Assembly: GCA_963676835.2 (NCBI GenBank)
Contig: CAXXFF010000004.1
Location: 256,001-320,000, forward strand
Direction of reading: 5' to 3'
Source: Marispirochaeta sp.
GTDB taxonomy: Bacteria > Spirochaetota > Spirochaetia > JC444 > Marispirochaetaceae
DNA length: 64,000 bases
The position numbers were made by a program, and so were the translations under genes. The notes beneath the pieces are model-generated. The model had not been told where the DNA came from, did not search any database, and saw nothing but the letters and a program-made list of their open reading frames with translations. This document shows, one piece after another, positions 49,892 through 59,735 of the stretch. How positions within the stretch are numbered: the first letter of the stretch is position 1; every line of letters starts with the position of its first letter.

Positions 49892-51553
49892 CTAGTAGGC
49901 GGCAAAACCGAATATCAGCAGGCCGCTGAAGAAAAACACCAGCACCGTATGCAGATTGGGCATCATTTTGCGCACCGTTGCTGCATAAGCCTTCCCCGCT
50001 CCTGTTTTAAGTCCCAGAAATATGAGTATCCCCGCAGGAATCAGGTACAGAACCGTTGAAAGCTTATTCAGACTCCAGAGAGAGGGAGCGGAAGAGACCT
50101 TTCCCGGCTCAATCAGGAAGGCAATAATCCGGCTGACGGTGCTGCCGAAAACTCCTGCAGCAATACAGAGAACAGCAAGGAAAAACAGGGTAATGCCTTC
50201 CAGAACAGCTTTAGAAGCGGACTCTGTTTCCCTCAGATCCACTGACATCGAAGGTGAAGGCAGATAAATCCTGCTCAGCTTGATAAAGCTTGCCACCGTC
50301 ATAAAACCGGTAAGCCATATAAGGTAATAGGCGGGGGATCCTTTCATGGCATAGCTGATAAAGGCCTTGCTGGCATATCCGTTGAAGGGTGGCATTCCGG
50401 CAATGGAGGCTGCCGCGACAAAGAAGGTGATCGCCGCCAGGGGTATCTCCCTTCCCAGAGGGCGAATGACATACAGGTTTCTGCTTTTTCCACGCTCAAC
50501 CGCCATACCTACGGTGAGAAACAGCAGGCTTTTAAACAGGGCATGATTTACCGCATGAAACACCGAGGCACTGAAGCCGGCAGCAGTACCGGTACCGAAT
50601 ACCGCCAGGATATAGCCCATCTGCGAGACGGAGTGAAATGCAAGCAGCCGTTTGGCATCGGACTGAGCCAGGGCATAGAGCACCGCCGCAAGGGCCGTAA
50701 GGGCACCAATCCAGAGCAGCAGGGAATAGAGGTAGTCGCCGTTAAAGGCAACGAGAATACGCACCATGGCAAAGAATGATATTTTTATCAGCACCCCGGA
50801 AAGGAGAGCAGAAACCGGATGGGGAGCAAAGGCATGGGCTTCCGGCAGCCAGGTATGAAAGGGAATGAAGGCGGTACGGACTCCGATACCGACACAGAGG
50901 GAGGCCAGAGCAAAGTGGACAGCTTTTCCGGAAACTCCTGCTCCGGGACTTTCAAGAGCTTTATGAATCAAATCAAGAGAAAGAACCCCAAGTTCACGGT
51001 AAATAAGAAATACCCCGAAAAGAAAAAAGAGAATGCCCACAGAACTGAGAATCAGATACTTGAATCCCGCCACCAGGGATGCAGGGCTCTGCTCATAGAC
51101 AATAAGCATATAGGCGGCTATGGCTACAATCTCGAAACAGACAAACATGGTAAAGAGATCCCCCGTTAATGCCACCCCTATAAGACCCGCAGCCATGAGG
51201 GACAGGAAAAGGTAGTAGGCGGAGGAAAACTTTTTAGACCCGAAAGAAAACAGTCCGGAAAAAAAAGAGAGCAGGGAAACCAGGATAATGGAGATCCAGG
51301 CAAAGCCGTCAAGCACGAGGCTTATTCCCCATGGTTCAGGCCAGCCGCCCAGGGAGTAGACTATTCTGCCGCCTTCATACACCTCCGGTAAAAAGGGGGC
51401 AGCTATAAGTCCCGGGAGAAGAATTGAAACAATAGAAACAAAGGAGAGGGCTCTTCCGGCGGAGGGGAAGATTTTCCCGAACAGTGCAAGGGCACCGCCG
51501 GTCATGGGGAGAGCTATCATCAGAGGAATCAGAGGAGTCAGTGTTTCACTCAT
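49892..51553 (-). CDS. mnhD: Mrp/Mbh antiporter-like subunit D (MnhD/NuoM family)
   Basis: GDLFTMFVCFE, FHTWLPEAH, HSVSQMGY, NHALFKSLLF, GMPPFNG. Confidence 0.85.
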   Translation of the reverse strand: MSETLTPLIPLMIALPMTGGALALFGKIFPSAGRALSFVSIVSILLPGLIAAPFLPEVYEGGRIVYSLGGWPEPWGISLVLDGFAWISIILVSLLSFFSGLFSFGSKKFSSAYYLFLSLMAAGLIGVALTGDLFTMFVCFEIVAIAAYMLIVYEQSPASLVAGFKYLILSSVGILFFLFGVFLIYRELGVLSLDLIHKALESPGAGVSGKAVHFALASLCVGIGVRTAFIPFHTWLPEAHAFAPHPVSALLSGVLIKISFFAMVRILVAFNGDYLYSLLLWIGALTALAAVLYALAQSDAKRLLAFHSVSQMGYILAVFGTGTAAGFSASVFHAVNHALFKSLLFLTVGMAVERGKSRNLYVIRPLGREIPLAAITFFVAAASIAGMPPFNGYASKAFISYAMKGSPAYYLIWLTGFMTVASFIKLSRIYLPSPSMSVDLRETESASKAVLEGITLFFLAVLCIAAGVFGSTVSRIIAFLIEPGKVSSAPSLWSLNKLSTVLYLIPAGILIFLGLKTGAGKAYAATVRKMMPNLHTVLVFFFSGLLIFGFAAY

Positions 51554-51893
51554 CAATCTTCCAGGCCTGTAGTTCAATTTCCCTTATATCCAGGGTATTA
51601 AAGCGCTGAAAAAGGGCATCGCACAGGGCCAGGGCCAGGGCGACAATACAGACTCCCACAACAATGGCAGTCAGCATGAGCGCCTGGGGCAAGGGGTCAA
51701 CCATGGCGCTGTGCTCCGCACCGCTTCCCTCAATGGGGGCAATAGTACCGGAGAAAGACCCGTAGTAGAGAAACAGAAGAATAATACCGCTGTTGGCGAT
51801 GCTCAGTGCCATTACCTTCTTAACAATGTTCGGTTTTCGTAAAACTCCCCAGAGTCCCACAAGAAAAACCGCCCCGGTCAGATACCAGATCAC
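51546..51893 (-). CDS. mnhC: Mrp antiporter subunit C
   Basis: VDPLPQALMLTAIVVG motif. Confidence 0.88.
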   Translation of the reverse strand: MIWYLTGAVFLVGLWGVLRKPNIVKKVMALSIANSGIILLFLYYGSFSGTIAPIEGSGAEHSAMVDPLPQALMLTAIVVGVCIVALALALCDALFQRFNTLDIREIELQAWKIDE

Positions 51894-52318
51894 TCTTCCT
51901 CCCGATTATCCTGAAACAGACGTATGCAGATAAGGCTGATACCGGCTCCTACCTTCAGCCCGATGATCACGTTAAAAATCAGAATCAATGAGATTCTGGG
52001 GCCCTCAGAAGCTTCAACGGCCCCGCCAAGCAGCCCGAGAAAGCCGGTACCGTAGAGGGCGCCGGCAAAGCCGATAAGAAGGAGCAACAAAAATCCCACA
52101 GCCTCGATTAGAGAAAGGGCCCGATACGGATACAGTCTCTCCACGGCATCGATCCCCCGGCTTACGCTCATGAGAATCACCGCCGAGGCAATGACCACCC
52201 CGCCCTGGAACCCGCCGCCGGGAGAAAGATGCCCGTATGCGAGAAGATAAAAACCGAAAAGCAGCATAAAGGGGGTCAGCTTCCGGGAAACGAGATCAAG
52301 AATATCACTCTTCTCCAT
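51890..52318 (-). CDS. mnhB: Mrp antiporter subunit B (MnhB domain)
   Basis: GHLSPGGGFQGG, GLKVG. Confidence 0.88.
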   Translation of the reverse strand: MEKSDILDLVSRKLTPFMLLFGFYLLAYGHLSPGGGFQGGVVIASAVILMSVSRGIDAVERLYPYRALSLIEAVGFLLLLLIGFAGALYGTGFLGLLGGAVEASEGPRISLILIFNVIIGLKVGAGISLICIRLFQDNREEE

Positions 52319-52595
52319 GATTCCCCCCGGTAAGATAGAGCACTCCGGAAACAGCAAGGAGAAGCACAATAGTTTCCCCCAGGGTATCGAAAGCCCGGAA
52401 ACCGAGATAGATGGAGGTAACCAGATTCAGGGCTCCGGTCTCCGCCTCTCCGTTGGCCACAATGTAATCCCGGATGGTACTGGCCTCCGGATGAGGACCG
52501 GAAAGGGCTGTAAAAAGAAAAAGCCCCACCAGAAGGACCAGGGCAATCTCAAGCCCTCCCCGAACCAATTTAAAAAGCCGCCGCCCCTGTTTCAT
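52305..52595 (-). CDS. MbhE-like subunit (MrpA C-terminal fragment)
   Basis: NLVTSIYLGFRAFDTLGE motif. Confidence 0.8.
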   Translation of the reverse strand: MKQGRRLFKLVRGGLEIALVLLVGLFLFTALSGPHPEASTIRDYIVANGEAETGALNLVTSIYLGFRAFDTLGETIVLLLAVSGVLYLTGGNHGEE

Positions 52596-52825
52596 GTATC
52601 ATCCCTCCGGCCGGTGCGGTGGACAATCCAGATCATAACCAGGGTTCCAACCCCGGTTCCCACAGCGGCTTCCGTCAGGGCTACATCGGGAGCGTGGTAG
52701 AGAAAAAAGACCAGGCAGCTGAGCAGACTGAATACCCCGAGCATAAGCACAGCCGCAAGCATATCCTTCAACTGAAGGGCGATAACTCCGCTTATGAGCA
52801 TGAGAATCAGCAGGATTTCAACCAT
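52592..52825 (-). CDS. DUF4040/MbhD-like subunit
   Basis: APDVALTEAAVG motif. Confidence 0.8.
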   Translation of the reverse strand: MVEILLILMLISGVIALQLKDMLAAVLMLGVFSLLSCLVFFLYHAPDVALTEAAVGTGVGTLVMIWIVHRTGRRDDT

Positions 52826-53147
52826 CCGACCCTCCCAGTTCCCGCCGTTTCCGGTATCCCCGCTTCCAGGGGATAATACCGTTCTGCCAGGCGAAGCGGG
52901 CAATAATATGGGCGGAAATAGGGTTTGTCACAAAGAAAAATATGGTAATGACCAAAAGCCGGCCGGTCATGGGACCCCATCCGGCAATAAGAAAACAGCC
53001 GATGAGGATGGAAAACACCGAGGTTGTACTGCAGGTGGAAGATGCCTGCAGCCGGGTGTATACATCAGGAAACACCAGAACTCCGATGTTTCCCATAATA
53101 TTAAAGATTACTCCCAGACCGAAAAAAATTGCCGCCGCAATAGTCAC
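52818..53147 (-). CDS. mnhG: Mrp antiporter subunit G
   Basis: FPDVYTRLQA, TNPISAHII. Confidence 0.85.
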   Translation of the reverse strand: MTIAAAIFFGLGVIFNIMGNIGVLVFPDVYTRLQASSTCSTTSVFSILIGCFLIAGWGPMTGRLLVITIFFFVTNPISAHIIARFAWQNGIIPWKRGYRKRRELGGSDG

Positions 53148-53419
53148 AGGTCCCCTCCCCGGTTTTTCTGCCCGCCGAAGTAACGGGTAAGGGCAAGAAT
53201 TCCGACGAAGCCGAATATATCGTAAACCAGGGCCACATCAAGATAGATTACATGATTACCTGCCACGGAATAGATAACCAGCACCGCAAGGGTCTGGGAG
53301 GCAACCAGATTGAGCCCTGTCATACGGTCAGCCACGGTGGGGCCGATTACCACGCGGATCATACTGATAACGGAGGAGGCAATAAGAAAATAGATCAGAT
53401 AAGTCAGCATCAGAGCCAT
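53144..53419 (-). CDS. mnhF: Mrp antiporter subunit F
   Basis: RVVIGPTVADR, YLDVALV..FGFVG. Confidence 0.85.
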   Translation of the reverse strand: MALMLTYLIYFLIASSVISMIRVVIGPTVADRMTGLNLVASQTLAVLVIYSVAGNHVIYLDVALVYDIFGFVGILALTRYFGGQKNRGGDL

Positions 53420-53922
53420 ACCCTTCGCAGCAGCTTCTCAAAGGTGCCTTTTATAAGATCCCCGGCATAGCGGGAATGGCTGGTCCGGGCATCAAGCCAG
53501 TGAACGATCAGGTGATCATCATCCAGATCCAGGGTAATGGTTCCGGGAGTCAGGGTTATGGAGCTGGTCAGGGCAACCCGGGCAATATCCGTCTTAAGGT
53601 GGGTGCGAAAATGGACAATTCCGGGGTTTATGCGTCCCCGCAGAATATTGAGAAGAACCTTGAAACTGGCCACATACATATTGAAGATGAGTACCAGCAG
53701 AAAGACGACAAACATATGCGGCCGGGGAAGGTGGGCCCGGCGGCCGGCTTCGGACTCTTCAATAAACTGCCGGTAGGTAAGCAGGGAAACCAGCAGACTT
53801 GCAACACCGCCGGCAACAAGCGAACCGGAATCCAGGGACCAGGTAAAGAGCAGCCAGCCTCCGAAAAGAGAGAAAAAGGTAATGAAAAAGCGGACCAGGG
53901 CCCAGCGGGTTTCAAGCCTCAT
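53410..53922 (-). CDS. mnhE: Mrp antiporter subunit E
   Basis: INPGIV, SITLTPGT, L.VH, FEK. Confidence 0.87.
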   Translation of the reverse strand: MRLETRWALVRFFITFFSLFGGWLLFTWSLDSGSLVAGGVASLLVSLLTYRQFIEESEAGRRAHLPRPHMFVVFLLVLIFNMYVASFKVLLNILRGRINPGIVHFRTHLKTDIARVALTSSITLTPGTITLDLDDDHLIVHWLDARTSHSRYAGDLIKGTFEKLLRRVWL

Positions 53923-54380
53923 TTACTCTCCCTGCTGATAAAAGCCGCCATTACCTCCTCTGCTGAGGATGCCGCCAGAAGAGCATTGCAGAAGGTACGG
54001 TCGTGGAGGTACCGGGCGAGCCGGCTGAGAACCTTCAGGTGTCCCGCTTCATCCCCTTCCGGACCAATGAGCAGGAAAAAGAGGGCCACCGGCTGATTAT
54101 CCACGGCATCGAATTTTGCCCCCTCAAGCCTTCTTCCGAAAACAATGCGGGTGTCGGCAACCTGGGAAGTGAAACAGTGGGGAATGGCAATGCCCGAACC
54201 GATGCCGGTGGTATTGATCTTTTCCCGCTTCTTCAAATCCCGCACAATTTCATCGGGCTTTGCAAGCTCGGTACTGCGGGCGAGGATATCAACCAGTTCC
54301 CGTAAAATATCCGGTTTGCGTCTGGACTTCAGAGACAACTCTATACCTTCAATGGTAAGAAGTTCGTGCAGCAGTGCCAT
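53919..54380 (-). CDS. PTS EIIA (Fru/Ntr-type) domain protein
   Basis: REK..TTGIGSGIAIPH phospho-His motif, HLKVLSRLAR. Confidence 0.88.
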   Translation of the reverse strand: MALLHELLTIEGIELSLKSRRKPDILRELVDILARSTELAKPDEIVRDLKKREKINTTGIGSGIAIPHCFTSQVADTRIVFGRRLEGAKFDAVDNQPVALFFLLIGPEGDEAGHLKVLSRLARYLHDRTFCNALLAASSAEEVMAAFISRESK

Positions 54381-54718
54381 CAATCCTCCTCCACCAGTCC
54401 CGCAGCCCAGTCCACAGGCAGGGTAAACAGAATTCCTGTTCCGGGATTGTCCAGACCGCCGCAAATCTCATTCAGCAGACTGTGAAGCCTTGGAACCAGG
54501 GACTCATTCTGAACAACGGAAAAAATGGTTTTGTTATAGGGTTTATTCCCTTTCATGAACTCTTTGAATCCTGCAAAAAGGGGTACCTCATAGGTTAGAA
54601 ACCGGCCCATTCCCTCGGAGTCAAGGATGGTTCCTCCGGAAATTCCTACTTCCGCATATGCTTCCAGTACCTGTTCAAGGAGTTCTTCACGATTCAGTAC
54701 AAACACTACAAGCTTCAT
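54380..54718 (-). CDS. PII-like protein
   Basis: GISGGTILDSEGMG and GTGILFTLPV, PII-superfamily pattern. Confidence 0.72.
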   Translation of the reverse strand: MKLVVFVLNREELLEQVLEAYAEVGISGGTILDSEGMGRFLTYEVPLFAGFKEFMKGNKPYNKTIFSVVQNESLVPRLHSLLNEICGGLDNPGTGILFTLPVDWAAGLVEED

Positions 54719-54826
54719 ATCTGCTTTCCCGCGGCCGCCGGCTAAGGGCGGTTTACTGATATGTTTTAAGGTACCCGGTGACTGGAGGGGAGTCAATGGA
54801 ATATTCTGGCCAGAATCAGTTGAGAA

Positions 54827-55282
54827 TCAATTAAGATAGGTACTGAAGCTGTCAAAGATATGATAGCGCCTAAGGTCCGGAAGATTACCGATTACTATCC
54901 GGTTTTCATATTCCACCCAGGCGTGGGCTTCAAAGGGTTCATCCCCCCCCATGGCAACTCCAACTTTAAGCTCAACAGAATAGCCCTGACGGCGGCATAG
55001 AGTATATGCAGTAAAGGCCCGGGGCAGACAGTTGTAGGTTCCGGGAAGCAGCCTCCCCCATATTTCAACCCAGCGGCAGGTATCAACAACACCTGCGTCG
55101 AATCCACCGGCTGGAGACTTCTCCGCCTGCTGCTTTAAACGGCTTACGGCCTGCTGAAAAGGGTATCGGCGGAGAACCAGCCTTGTGCTGAAAAGCATCA
55201 TCCCCGCCTGGAGAAACGCAGCCTTCCCCCTGGAGGGAAGCGCGTAAAAGCGGCGGATTTTATTAAGCAAGCGTATCCACAA
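54827..55282 (-). CDS. Lasso-type leader peptidase B2 (transglutaminase-like)
   Basis: NCLPRA...G..VELKVGV...FEAHAWVE catalytic Cys/His motif; coupled to upstream PqqD gene; start uncertain (TTG 55282 or 55270). Confidence 0.85.
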   Translation of the reverse strand: MWIRLLNKIRRFYALPSRGKAAFLQAGMMLFSTRLVLRRYPFQQAVSRLKQQAEKSPAGGFDAGVVDTCRWVEIWGRLLPGTYNCLPRAFTAYTLCRRQGYSVELKVGVAMGGDEPFEAHAWVEYENRIVIGNLPDLRRYHIFDSFSTYLN

Positions 55283-55538
55283 GACCTTCTTCTCCAAGTT
55301 TCTCCGCAAGGGCGAGAATATCCTCCCTGCACTGATCTTCTGCAACATCGAATTCCTGCTGAACCAGGGAACACAGACCTGCAAGGGATTCAGCCTTAAC
55401 AATATTCTTCCAGATAAAAGCTCCTACTTCATTGAGACTGAAATAGAAACCACGTTCAACATGCATGAGCACCATTTCACCGTTTACTTCGGTATGAATA
55501 ACCCCTTCCCGCTGCTGTATCCGTGTATTTAAATCCAT
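55263..55538 (-). CDS. PqqD/RRE protein (lasso B1)
   Basis: EVNGEMVLM..G.YFSLNEVGAFIW, FDVAEDQCREDI..L..EGLV. Confidence 0.9.
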   Translation of the reverse strand: MDLNTRIQQREGVIHTEVNGEMVLMHVERGFYFSLNEVGAFIWKNIVKAESLAGLCSLVQQEFDVAEDQCREDILALAEKLGEEGLVDTLA

Positions 55539-55656
55539 AGATCGGCTTCCTTCTTCTTTTTATGATACCCTTGTATTCTAATGAAAAACACAAAAACGTA
55601 AAGCATTGCCCCGGGAGGGCTTCAAGCAATACTGAAGCCATAGTAGTATAAGGGGC

Positions 55657-56868
55657 ATGAAAAAAACAGCAGAAGAAGAAATACTGATCGCACTGACTGC
55701 GGATAGAACCGACAGGGCAGTGTCAATTATAAAAGCCGAAGATCCGGATTACCGGAAACTGCTTCAATTAGCGGCGAAGCACAAACTTCACGGTATTACC
55801 GCCCAGAAACTGCTGGATATTTCCCGGCAGACTGGAATTGAACTGTCCGAAGCCGATATTACCGGAACCCTCCAGGCGGCGGTGGCCATGAATATGCAGC
55901 TGAAAGCCGGGTTTCTTGGTGTAAAGGAGATGCTGAAAAAAGAGCAGGTTGATTTCCTGCTGATAAAAGGCTTTGCCCTGGATCCGTCCCCTTTGAGGGC
56001 AATGAATGATATCGACATCCTTATCCGGGAGGATAAAATTCGTCAGGTTTTTGAGGCAATGACCGCCGGGGGCTACACCTACATGGGCAGTAATGTCATG
56101 ACAAAAGAGGAATTTGCCGACCCCTTTTCCACCCTCCACTGGAACAACCAGTTTCAGTTCAGATCGCCCCGGGTACCGGCGGATATTGAAATTCACACAG
56201 AACTGTTTGAACGGGACAGAATACGGCTGGAACGGCTTGACCGGTTTCTGGACAAGGCTGAGTTTTTCTGGGAAAACCGCAGATACCGGAAAGACCTCGA
56301 CTGTTACATACCGTCTCCGGAAGCAAATCTTGCCCTGCTGACCATCCACTGCACCACAAAACGTTCACCCGCCCACAACACCTATATTCTTCGCCATGCT
56401 TACGACCTGCACGCCCTGCTTGGGGAAAATCGTGACATGGAGAATATAGTGAATATGGAAAGATTTCTCTACCTCTGCAGTGAGTGGAAAATCGGCTACT
56501 ACGCCTATACTGCCTTCCGGCTTACAGCTCTGGCCCTTGATCTGCCGGATATCCTTGAAAAAGCTGAACTGTTGAAACCGCTCTTAACCAGGCGGGAGCT
56601 GATCCTCTCCAACCTGCACCTCAACTGCTACCGGGGCCTGGGAGATGCATCTTTTTTACGGCGGAAACTGTTTGCCCTGTTTATGCCCTTTGCCATAGGG
56701 GGCAGCGTAAAAAAAGGGGTAAGCTGGTACAGGAAAATACTCTTTCCCCCGGCATGGTACCAGGAGGAGCGGTACGGCATAAAAAGAAGTTCTCCCTTCT
56801 TCTTTCTCAGTTATATCTACGGACCCTTTGTTTTTCTGTGGCGGCGACTTACAGGGCTGAGTGAATAA
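55657..56868 (+). CDS. Nucleotidyltransferase family protein (NTP_transf_5-like)
   Basis: LIKGFAL, R.MNDIDILI, IEIH motifs. Confidence 0.82.
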   Translation: MKKTAEEEILIALTADRTDRAVSIIKAEDPDYRKLLQLAAKHKLHGITAQKLLDISRQTGIELSEADITGTLQAAVAMNMQLKAGFLGVKEMLKKEQVDFLLIKGFALDPSPLRAMNDIDILIREDKIRQVFEAMTAGGYTYMGSNVMTKEEFADPFSTLHWNNQFQFRSPRVPADIEIHTELFERDRIRLERLDRFLDKAEFFWENRRYRKDLDCYIPSPEANLALLTIHCTTKRSPAHNTYILRHAYDLHALLGENRDMENIVNMERFLYLCSEWKIGYYAYTAFRLTALALDLPDILEKAELLKPLLTRRELILSNLHLNCYRGLGDASFLRRKLFALFMPFAIGGSVKKGVSWYRKILFPPAWYQEERYGIKRSSPFFFLSYIYGPFVFLWRRLTGLSE

Positions 56869-56907
56869 GAAAAATGTACAGGGAAAAAAGCACAAGTAAA
56901 GAGAGGA

Positions 56908-58734
56908 TCAGGACTCTTTTATCTGACGCAGCTGGGTATGATAGAGCCCTGCATAATAGCCGGCTGCCTGAACAAGCTCATCGTGGGAGCCCTCCTCTAT
57001 TACCCGGCCGCCCCGCATAACATAGATTCGGTCCGCCCGGCGTGCAGCGGCAATCTTGTGGCTTACCAGAAGCAGACTGCCTCCTCCCACAATACCCCTT
57101 ATATTGTCGATAAAATCTGATTCCGAGGGTGGATCAAGCTCCGCGGTGGGCTCATCGAGGATAGTAAAGGGTGCTCCCCGGAAAACGGTACGGGCCAGAG
57201 CTACTTTTTTCCACTGACCTCCGCTCAGTTCCGCACCGTCTTCGAGCCAGCGGCCGAGGACAGTCCCGTATCCGTCGGGTAAAGCCTTTAGAAACTCATG
57301 GGCGCCGACTTTTTCCGCCGCCTCATGCAGGGCAGAATTATTGTCATTGGTTATATCACCGTAGCGGATATTCTCAGCGGCGGTATAGTAGTAGTGGGTA
57401 AAATCCTGAAAGAGCACACCCAGATTTTTACGATACTCCTCAGGCTCCAGGCTGCGCAGATCGGTGCCGTTCAGGCAGACCCTGCCCTCATCGGGTTCAT
57501 AAAACCTGCAGAGCAGGTTGATAAGGGTACTTTTACCTGCACCGTTGTCTCCCACAATGGCAACAAACTCGCCGGGGGCTATTTTGAGTGAAACCCTGTC
57601 GAGAACCTTGTTTGCGGTTCCGGGGTAATGAAAACTGACGGATTCAACCGAGAGACCCCGGCTGTCATCAATAAGCGGTCCATCGCCGCCGGCTTTACCC
57701 TCACCTGTCGCCTCTTTTACCTTTTCAACCTCCACCGGCAGATTCAGAAACTCAAAAACCGCCGACAGGTATAAATTGGTCTCATACAGACGGGCCACGC
57801 CCCGAAGCAGATCGGACATGGCCTGCTGGCCCCGCTGGATAGCCTGAAAGAAAAGTACAAGATTTCCCAGAGAGGTTCCGCTGGTAATGCTTGTGTAGGC
57901 AAAATATCCTAAAAGCCCAATGGTAATGAGCGACTGGAATGCAACGGCAAAGAATTCACCCGCCGCCCGGCGGCCGGTAAGAGACAGAAGCTCTCTGCGG
58001 AGCCTGATTCTCCAGGAAGAGGCCTTCTCCTGAAAATGGTCCTGCAGACCGTTGATACGGTTTTCCCGTACATTGGTTTTATCTGTAAGCAGCCAGTTAA
58101 GATAAAAAACATGCCGTTCCGAGGAGGTCTGCTCCATTCGCCAGGCATAGATCCTGGCAGACGAGGAGAGAAGCACCAGAGCCACCGGCAGTGCAGAAAC
58201 TGCCAGAAGCAGAATGGTAAACCAGGGAAGAGTGTAAATAAGCAGCCCCGCAATACCGGCAATGGAGACAGCGGAGCTTATGAGGCCGGTTACAATATCT
58301 ACAATCTGGGCAGGACGGTAGGGCGCTTCCGCCTGAGCCCGGTGAAGCTTGTCGTGAAACTCGGGCACCTCATAATAGGCAAGATCGAGCTCCACCGACT
58401 TCTGTTGAACCACACCCTGCATATAGTCGCTTAATACCTGCCCCTGCACCTGACGGAGAAAATTGCCCCCGGTGCGGAACAGGGCGGACAAAAGGAGCGC
58501 TGCCCCGGTAAGCATAATTACCGGCAGAATCTCCGCAAAGCCGCCGCCGGCCGCCAGGGTATCCACCATGAGTTTTACCGCATAGAGGGGAACAAGGGGG
58601 ACAATCCCCTGAAATGTCATAACAGTAACTGTAAGCAGGCTTAAGCCGGGGCTGCTTTTCCAGAGCAGCCCGATACCACGGGAAAATACGCCGGCCCCTT
58701 TCCTGAGGCGCAGTATGCGGCCGGAAAGGTTCAC
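56908..58734 (-). CDS. ABC exporter (fused TMD + ATPase)
   Basis: GDNGAGKST, LSGGQW, ILDEPT; N-terminal TM domain. Confidence 0.92.
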   Translation of the reverse strand: MNLSGRILRLRKGAGVFSRGIGLLWKSSPGLSLLTVTVMTFQGIVPLVPLYAVKLMVDTLAAGGGFAEILPVIMLTGAALLLSALFRTGGNFLRQVQGQVLSDYMQGVVQQKSVELDLAYYEVPEFHDKLHRAQAEAPYRPAQIVDIVTGLISSAVSIAGIAGLLIYTLPWFTILLLAVSALPVALVLLSSSARIYAWRMEQTSSERHVFYLNWLLTDKTNVRENRINGLQDHFQEKASSWRIRLRRELLSLTGRRAAGEFFAVAFQSLITIGLLGYFAYTSITSGTSLGNLVLFFQAIQRGQQAMSDLLRGVARLYETNLYLSAVFEFLNLPVEVEKVKEATGEGKAGGDGPLIDDSRGLSVESVSFHYPGTANKVLDRVSLKIAPGEFVAIVGDNGAGKSTLINLLCRFYEPDEGRVCLNGTDLRSLEPEEYRKNLGVLFQDFTHYYYTAAENIRYGDITNDNNSALHEAAEKVGAHEFLKALPDGYGTVLGRWLEDGAELSGGQWKKVALARTVFRGAPFTILDEPTAELDPPSESDFIDNIRGIVGGGSLLLVSHKIAAARRADRIYVMRGGRVIEEGSHDELVQAAGYYAGLYHTQLRQIKES

Positions 58735-59735
58735 CGTACCACCTGAGAGCGGCCCGGGGCGGCATTAAGAAACGCTATAACATCAGGCAATCGTTCATAG
58801 CCTTCGGGAATGTTCAAAATCTGAACAGGAACCTGAGCCGCCACGGCACCTATCATGCCCAGACGTTTCTGTCCCCGGTCTACCGCATCCAGAAGCTCCG
58901 CTGCAAAGGCATGTCGAACCAGGGACATAACCCCTTCTGCTGCTCCTACAGGAGTTACAGAAGGTTGATCAGAGCCGTTTCGGCTGAGAAAATAGATTGC
59001 AGTAAGAGGTAGGTTATGAGAATAGAATGATCCTAACTGCTCACTGTGCTGCGGAACCTTCAGCCCCCGTTGGCCCGCCAGGCTTATAGAACCTACAGGA
59101 ATTTTAAGCTTTTCGAAGCCCGGGTGTATTTTTCCGTAATTATCCGGATTTCCCCCTAAAATTTTCAGCTGATGAGAAAAGAGCTTCATCTGGGGAAATC
59201 CCGGAAAAGCTGTAACTCCATCAGGTCCCACGGACAAAGCCAGAATATCATCAGTTACCAGGGGATACCCCCCTGCGACACAGGCGGTAGCCAGGGTGGT
59301 TTTACCGGTGCCGGAATCTGCAATAAAAGCGACGCAGCCGTCTCCTGCCTTGACGGCCGATGCATGCAGCATAAGAATACCCTGCCGCTCCAGCCAGAAG
59401 GACATAACATTGCCCACAAAGAAGATCTCAATAAGATATTCAATATCCGGCAGCAGAGGATGGGCGGTAATCTCATTACCCCGCATTTCAAATCCGCAGA
59501 CCCCGGTTATGTAGAGGGTCTCGCAGGTTTCGGAAAGAAAAAGCTCCACCCGGCCCCCCTCATAGTTTTCCACCGGGGCACGGACCCCTTCCGGAGTGTA
59601 CTCCGGGTTTACGGGCAGCACGGAAAAAGAGAGATCTACTTCGCCCCGGGGCTCCTCCGGAGGCAGGAGATTGAAAGTAAAGGGAAAGGATGAAGCGAGA
59701 TGCGCTCCGTAAAGCATGTAACGGGATTCATTCAT
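58731..59735 (-). CDS. HprK-related kinase (lasso-cluster type)
   Basis: LHASAV, DSGTGKTT Walker A, LVTDD. Confidence 0.82.
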   Translation of the reverse strand: MNESRYMLYGAHLASSFPFTFNLLPPEEPRGEVDLSFSVLPVNPEYTPEGVRAPVENYEGGRVELFLSETCETLYITGVCGFEMRGNEITAHPLLPDIEYLIEIFFVGNVMSFWLERQGILMLHASAVKAGDGCVAFIADSGTGKTTLATACVAGGYPLVTDDILALSVGPDGVTAFPGFPQMKLFSHQLKILGGNPDNYGKIHPGFEKLKIPVGSISLAGQRGLKVPQHSEQLGSFYSHNLPLTAIYFLSRNGSDQPSVTPVGAAEGVMSLVRHAFAAELLDAVDRGQKRLGMIGAVAAQVPVQILNIPEGYERLPDVIAFLNAAPGRSQVVR

